Assembly (NCBI RefSeq): GCF_000743755.1
Contig: NW_014569433.1
Location: 1 to 54,338, forward strand
Direction: 5' to 3'
DNA from: Blastocystis sp. subtype 4
Lineage: Eukaryota
DNA length: 54,338 bases
The notes beneath the pieces were generated by a model that saw only the letters and a list, made by a program, of their open reading frames with translations, did no database searches and had not been told where the DNA came from. This document shows, one piece after another, positions 48,589 through 54,338 of this stretch. Made by a program: the position numbers and the translations under genes. Positions within the stretch are counted from its first letter, which is position 1. The number at the start of each line of letters is the position of its first letter.

Positions 48589-51500
48589 TTACTTAAACAG
48601 CATTCTCTGAATCTTTGTGCTGAATACTGTAGCCAGTCCTTCACGAACAGCCTCTCCCGAATACTGAATCATCAGCAAGAAGAGAGGATAGAACGTAGCA
48701 CAATAAGCAGTAAACTTATCGAAAGGCGTACTGTTGATGCCCGCCAACACTTCGGTGATCAATGGAATAGAAGCGGTCGCAATTCGCTCATTCTCCTTCT
48801 TTTCCTCTCCCTTCTCTGTATGGGCCTTCTTCTCCACCTCCACATATTCCTTTAACAGGAATTCCATACGCTTCAACAAATCATCATTAGCATATTCCTG
48901 ACGATCTGGGCACTCTGTATCCATATACAGAACAAATAACACATGAACAATGCTCTTCTCAATCGCCACTTGCTCATAGATGAGAGTAGGAAGCAGCTCC
49001 TCCTTCGGATAACCAAGCTTCTTGATCATCGTACGCAACTCCATATCTTGATGGAAATCACGAGTCATATCAGCCACTTGCTGCATCAGACCTAGCATCT
49101 TCTTCACCTGGACAAATGTGAATCGCTTGTAGTGATTGTCAATGATCTCCGAGATCAGTGCAGCCAAGTCTTCTTGCACTACTGACTTGGTATGGACCAA
49201 CACTTCATCAACAGTCAATTCACGGCTATCAGTCTTCTCAAGCTTGATCGTCTCCTCCTCCTGGACAGGTTCCTCTTCCTCACTTGATTCACTACTCTCA
49301 TCGCTATCCTTCGATTTCTTCGACTCACGTTTCTTCAGTTTCTCACTCTCCTTCTTCAGTTTCTCCAAATCCTCCAACTCACTTAGTTTATGGAAGTAAG
49401 CATTACCATAGATCAACTCCACTGTAGCGCAAATATCATCCACTGCAATCAACTTGCCATTTCCCACAGGAGTACGCACCCATCTTCCCACCTTCGGAGC
49501 CACGCCACCAGCACGCAGACTCTTGTCGTAGATGAGATACAGCTTCTTGCGAGCGTCCAGAACCAGATCGTGAGGCATACTGTTAGCAAATGCCTTCTCC
49601 AGCTCGCCGAGCATCGTATCCCACATTGCTTCATTATAGGTATCAGCTCCTTCCTGCATGAGCTGCTTCAAACAGAATACACCAACGCGAGCCAGTGACA
49701 GAATCGACTGGTGCATCGCCTGTTGCAACAAATCAAAGATCTTTTCCAGCATGAAGGCGATCTGATCACGACGTTTCACATACAAACGCACAATACTGTA
49801 CATGACCAATGCTCCTGTTGTCTGCAGCCATGGCTTGACATTCTCAGCTTTGTTGCCTAGTGCAATGGGCTTGTCCTCGACAGTAGGAGCAGCCATCAGA
49901 CTATTAATGCCTTCAACACCACTCTTCATGGGACCATCGAAAATGGTGAAGATAAAACCGGTGAAAATCAGATCCCACAATTTCTCGCTGAAGTGTACTG
50001 ACACATTCTGGAAGATGTTAAAGATACGCTCACAGCAGTCATTACGCACTGAGTAGCGAGCATCATTGTACACGTAACGACTGAGTCCCATAAACACAGG
50101 CCACCACACCTTGGTGTGATCATCACTGTCCGTGAAGAGATTGTCTGTCATTGGGACAATCTTACCAGCAATAATCGAATCAGCACACTTGGTAACATAC
50201 TCACGAGCCTCTTGGGAGATCGTGGCTGCTTCTACACCAATGAATGCACAATATGTGGTTGTTAAATCGTTCATTTCTGGCACCATACAATCGAAGTAGC
50301 GATCATACAATTCCTTTGCCATACCCCAAGCAATACTTGTAAGGGGATCTGCTTCATTCTCAGCACAGAATGTACATACTGAGAACACAATCTTCCAACC
50401 TGAAGACAACTGCTTCGAGCGAGTCTGTACAATGTTGTGGACAACATGAAGAATCATCTCACGTGTGTCAGCACTTGGAGTACGTGAAATGATATACTCA
50501 AAGGGACGAATGAACGACTTCTGGAAGTTGTAGGCACGAAGATCTTCCTTGTCCAGGAACTTCACAGACAGTTGCTTCAAGGCATCGATAGCCGAGAGGG
50601 CCACTTGACCCATAGGGAAGCATCCTAAGGCAATGTAGTACTCCGACATCACTTGCCAGATCTGCGACCATTCTAGACGGCTACGACAGTACATATTACC
50701 ATCAGCCACTTCAACCACCTTCTGCATAAGATATAGACGAGGACGCTTATCCTCTTCTTCCTCTTCCTCAACCTCTTCTTCACCTTCTTCTGGAGCATCC
50801 TTCAATGAAGCCTTCAACTCTGTAAGGGATACATCGCACAAAGCCTTCACAAACTCTACGATCATCTTACTATCCAAATTAGCAGTCTTTGCGAAGATAC
50901 GATCCAATGAACGCAGATCAATAATACTCTCGATTAGTTGTTGTTTCTCACGAGCCTTCTCCACCAACACATACTCACCACTGCGGCTCACACGACCACT
51001 CTCATCGTCATCCTCCAGATGCTTACGAGCCAGGGGTTCCAGACCATACAAGTGGACCTGAGCAAGAGACGAGACAATAGTGAGAATATACTTCCAAGCA
51101 GAACCCATGTGGTTTCCAAAGTTTTGGGCCAGCTCCAACATCACACGAATCATCTCAATCTGCTTGTTCTTCACCTCCAGCCACTCCACCTCGTTCAACA
51201 AGGTGTTATCACTCAAGATCTCCATTGAACGATCACGTTCCTGATCTAGACCCAGAGAACAAGCAATCTCAAAGCAATCCTTCACAGCCGTCAATGTGTT
51301 CTGAATACCCTCTTCATCATCACTCAATTCGAGCACCTTAGCATACACATCGATAACCATTGGGAACATGATCTTATACATCGGACCAATGTATTCGTTA
51401 CCAGTAGCCTCGAAGTACTCTGTAGTTTCTTCATCAATGTCCACCTTCAACTTGCTCATAATATCCATCTTCTCAACGCTGAATGCCTTCTGACGACGTT

Positions 51501-53775
51501 CCTCCTTGTTACGATATCGTTTCTTCTCCTGCTGTTGACGAGCCATATCATCCTCCTTCAGAGAAATAGCATTCTGCTGGATACGATTATAGATATCAGT
51601 CAGATACTCAGGAGGGAAGTCACCTCCATCATTAATACCACGACAATTACGAATGAAACCCTCCGGTGTCATACGATTCTCAGGAGCAATGTTGGGATTA
51701 TGAAGATCTGTGTTCAACATAATTACAGAGTATCCCAGCACAAAGGCTGCATCTGTATTGACGAACACTCCAGGATTCTGTTCGCAATATGCATTAGCGA
51801 AACGCTCAATCATACGATCAATCTTCTGAGCTTCTCCAGGCAGACGGAAACGCTCTAGGAAGGTTCGAATACCCATATCAAAGTCCATACCACGGAAGTT
51901 GATTCCATCAGCATAGGCCTTCAAAACAGCCAGATTGAAGTCCTTCGGTTCACCCATGTAGTCTCCAATCTCTCGCTTGTCGAGATAATCACTGTTCTTA
52001 TAGAGGAACTGAGCCACAGCCTCAGGTGTGTTCTCCAAACGACCTGCTTGGACAAGGAATTCAATACCAGTACGAGGCTTCTTGTTGAACTTGGCGTATC
52101 CCATTTGCATATCTTCCTGATACTTCTTCTTCTCATCGAACTTCTGGAGAATATCAGTAGCCGCCTTAATCTTCACATCTGTATCAGAAGCCTGTACAAC
52201 AGGAGTGAATCCAGGAGTTAATTCCTCTTCCTCCTCCTTAGAGGCATTGTTCGTATTCGTATTATTGTTCTCAGCTTCTGTGATATGACACTTCTCCGCT
52301 AAAGGCTGCAAGATATGAGCCAAAGCATCCAAAGCAATACGCTTTGCAGGAAGCAACTCTTCATCAATTGTCTCCTCTTCAGGATACACATCTTCCTCTT
52401 CCACAATCTCTTCCACTTCACCATTTTCATTTTCCTCCTTACGACGAGTCACAACCTTATACTTACCTTCAACAACATTAGCTAAGGTACGAACGACATC
52501 TTCATACATGGATCGAGAGTTAATATCACAATCATAATTAATGAACAATTCTATCATAAAGTTGGGATCCTTATTGATCTCATTAAAGGCTTCGATAACC
52601 ATCTCCTTATGACGCATAGCAGAGTTCTGGGAATTTAGAATCACAAGGAAAATGTTAATGATAAACACTTCAATCTCTTTCTTAATGAAAATACGGAACT
52701 TATTCACAAGAGGAGTGAAAATATGAAGTGATACCTCAACCACTTCCATATTGTTAGAAATGAAATTCTGAAGCAGATTCTGAAGCAAATAGCGACGAAC
52801 AAGATACACATAAGCCTTGTATTTATTGAAATCTTCTCCGATGTTCTCCATAGCAGCTTGAAGAGCTGTCAAAGCGAAAATCTTATCAGCATCACTATCC
52901 TCTTCCGTCTTTGTTGCAATAGCACATAGTCTACGGAAGACCAGGTAAATATCACGATGACGTTGAGAGGGAAGACTATCCAGCTTCTGTTCATCACATT
53001 CTTCTTCTTCCTCCTCTTCTTCAATTTCCAGATTCCAACCAACAGCACCATTATCATACTTGAAACCCATCTGCATTTCGACTCCTGTATACATGCAATC
53101 ACTTGTAAATCCACGAGTCACATCATCAGTTTCATCTTCATCATTGCTGAAAGGAGTGGGAGTCATCGCAGCTGGAGTAGTAATTGTCTCAGCATCCTTG
53201 GTCTTATCGACATAGTCCATCGATTGCATTAAGAACGTCATGATCTCCTTCACAGCCTCTTCAGCAGCTGTACGTGTATTATCGGAGACTGCTTCCATAT
53301 AAATCTGGTAACAGACATCAATCGATTTCAGAAGGAAGTCACCATTGACTGTTCCCATCTTTACAACCTCTGAAAGACTCTGAGCCAAGTACATCTTCAT
53401 CGAGTCGTCTTCTACATCCTTCTGCTCACAAAGATTCTTGGCAATTTCCTCCATCATGGTATAATCCTCCTTTCCTGGAAGAGGACGCAGAGGCTCGACT
53501 TCACCTCGAAGATATCCCTCTTGGATCATAGCCGTAATGGCCTCCATTGAAGCAGCCTTCACACTAGGCGATTTGTTTTCCAAACCCTGGATAAGACATC
53601 CCCAGTACTTATCTCCATCAGTGTCCTTAAACTCCACTCCTCGTTTCTTCAGACGCTTTCGTTCATCCTTTAATGCGCTGCAGATATTATCAATAGTATC
53701 TCTAAGATCCTTATCATTACGCCAAGAGGTAGCCTTCTTGATCTTAGAGAGACAACGAATTACACATTCATCCAT
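48589..53775 (-). CDS. BIG/Sec7-type Arf guanine-nucleotide exchange factor, 1728 aa, intronless
   Basis: INYDCD (HUS box), FRLPGEAQKIDR, IMLNTDLHNP, DALKQLSVKFL. Confidence 0.96.
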   Translation of the reverse strand: MDECVIRCLSKIKKATSWRNDKDLRDTIDNICSALKDERKRLKKRGVEFKDTDGDKYWGCLIQGLENKSPSVKAASMEAITAMIQEGYLRGEVEPLRPLPGKEDYTMMEEIAKNLCEQKDVEDDSMKMYLAQSLSEVVKMGTVNGDFLLKSIDVCYQIYMEAVSDNTRTAAEEAVKEIMTFLMQSMDYVDKTKDAETITTPAAMTPTPFSNDEDETDDVTRGFTSDCMYTGVEMQMGFKYDNGAVGWNLEIEEEEEEEECDEQKLDSLPSQRHRDIYLVFRRLCAIATKTEEDSDADKIFALTALQAAMENIGEDFNKYKAYVYLVRRYLLQNLLQNFISNNMEVVEVSLHIFTPLVNKFRIFIKKEIEVFIINIFLVILNSQNSAMRHKEMVIEAFNEINKDPNFMIELFINYDCDINSRSMYEDVVRTLANVVEGKYKVVTRRKEENENGEVEEIVEEEDVYPEEETIDEELLPAKRIALDALAHILQPLAEKCHITEAENNNTNTNNASKEEEEELTPGFTPVVQASDTDVKIKAATDILQKFDEKKKYQEDMQMGYAKFNKKPRTGIEFLVQAGRLENTPEAVAQFLYKNSDYLDKREIGDYMGEPKDFNLAVLKAYADGINFRGMDFDMGIRTFLERFRLPGEAQKIDRMIERFANAYCEQNPGVFVNTDAAFVLGYSVIMLNTDLHNPNIAPENRMTPEGFIRNCRGINDGGDFPPEYLTDIYNRIQQNAISLKEDDMARQQQEKKRYRNKEERRQKAFSVEKMDIMSKLKVDIDEETTEYFEATGNEYIGPMYKIMFPMVIDVYAKVLELSDDEEGIQNTLTAVKDCFEIACSLGLDQERDRSMEILSDNTLLNEVEWLEVKNKQIEMIRVMLELAQNFGNHMGSAWKYILTIVSSLAQVHLYGLEPLARKHLEDDDESGRVSRSGEYVLVEKAREKQQLIESIIDLRSLDRIFAKTANLDSKMIVEFVKALCDVSLTELKASLKDAPEEGEEEVEEEEEEDKRPRLYLMQKVVEVADGNMYCRSRLEWSQIWQVMSEYYIALGCFPMGQVALSAIDALKQLSVKFLDKEDLRAYNFQKSFIRPFEYIISRTPSADTREMILHVVHNIVQTRSKQLSSGWKIVFSVCTFCAENEADPLTSIAWGMAKELYDRYFDCMVPEMNDLTTTYCAFIGVEAATISQEAREYVTKCADSIIAGKIVPMTDNLFTDSDDHTKVWWPVFMGLSRYVYNDARYSVRNDCCERIFNIFQNVSVHFSEKLWDLIFTGFIFTIFDGPMKSGVEGINSLMAAPTVEDKPIALGNKAENVKPWLQTTGALVMYSIVRLYVKRRDQIAFMLEKIFDLLQQAMHQSILSLARVGVFCLKQLMQEGADTYNEAMWDTMLGELEKAFANSMPHDLVLDARKKLYLIYDKSLRAGGVAPKVGRWVRTPVGNGKLIAVDDICATVELIYGNAYFHKLSELEDLEKLKKESEKLKKRESKKSKDSDESSESSEEEEPVQEEETIKLEKTDSRELTVDEVLVHTKSVVQEDLAALISEIIDNHYKRFTFVQVKKMLGLMQQVADMTRDFHQDMELRTMIKKLGYPKEELLPTLIYEQVAIEKSIVHVLFVLYMDTECPDRQEYANDDLLKRMEFLLKEYVEVEKKAHTEKGEEKKENERIATASIPLITEVLAGINSTPFDKFTAYCATFYPLFLLMIQYSGEAVREGLATVFSTKIQRMLFK

Positions 53776-53978
53776 TCTAAAACAAGGTGAACAACTGATC
53801 CAAGGTCAGAAATGAACCTTAACTTACCTCTAGAAAGAACAATGAACCTTTGCATGTCATCCAAAGAACCGCGGGAATGACATAGAAGTGTTTCTTTCAC
53901 GATTGGAACTGAGAAAGACGATAAATAATATCGCATAACTTTTAACAAACAGACATCAACCCAATACCCGAACTAAAC

Positions 53979-54338
53979 TCAAACATCCTCCTCCATTTGA
54001 TTTGAACTCTGTTGACCCATATTCTTTCCAGCACTCATTACTTCATCCACCAGGAGTAACTGACTGGCGATGACTGTACTTAGTTGAATGAATTGTCTCT
54101 TAACACGATAATTATCCCACACTCCTTCAATAGAAGGCAACATTGCCTTGCCAGTCAGAATATCAATTCCACCCTTCATATTCTCCTTCTGAATTTCATG
54201 TTGCACGTCAAGAATTGTGTCCTATTCCTCAAATACCTCCTTCATTCCAACCATCACATCAAATCCACTATTCTCTGCTAGCGTCTTTGGAATCACAAGA
54301 AGAGCATCAGCAAATGCACGTACACCCAATTTCGCTTT
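53979..54338 (-). CDS. CCT6: CCT/TRiC subunit zeta, 3' part only
   Basis: [56 protein letters not shown] at 53944-53951. Confidence 0.93.

Overview
Extremely compact eukaryotic nuclear DNA, about 33 genes in 54 kb. Most are split by ~29-33 nt GT-AG introns, and intergenic gaps can be as short as ~20 bp. The tiny introns, a TGTTTGT(T/A) motif just 3' of many genes, several CDSs whose stop codon appears to be completed only by poly(A) addition, and short AT-AC minor introns together point to the gut stramenopile Blastocystis (inference). The ORF track is fragmented by the introns, so gene models were spliced by hand and coordinates are gene spans. Genes: LRR-like repeat gene, TAF1, RPL37A, eIF2D, PWWP protein, enolase, STELLO-like GT, FKBP, ATAD1/Msp1, V-ATPase H, NAA30, bZIP factor, SLC35B1, RGG+W2 protein, uridine phosphorylase, Pat1, REEP/Yop1, tandem LC8-like membrane protein, Qc-SNARE, WW+RDD protein, a mitochondrial coiled-coil protein, RPS3A (apparent 2-nt deletion), ZIP transporter, F-box+TMEM185-like protein, NCKX-like exchanger, LTV1, RPL7A, BASS symporter, PP2C, taspase, thioredoxin-like protein, GT2-like protein, BIG/Sec7 and CCT6. 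Highlights: (1) an intronic dual-guide C/D snoRNA predicted for 18S Am28 and Cm38, inside an apparently non-coding spliced host gene; (2) five 40-46 nt U12-type introns, one with AT-AA ends that reveals an F-box fused to a multipass membrane protein; (3) seven predicted poly(A)-created stops, back-to-back palindromic poly(A) signals, and a possible splice-versus-polyadenylation switch in the bZIP gene. Poly(A)-made stops and U12 introns are already known in Blastocystis; I cannot confirm that any individual element here is unpublished.
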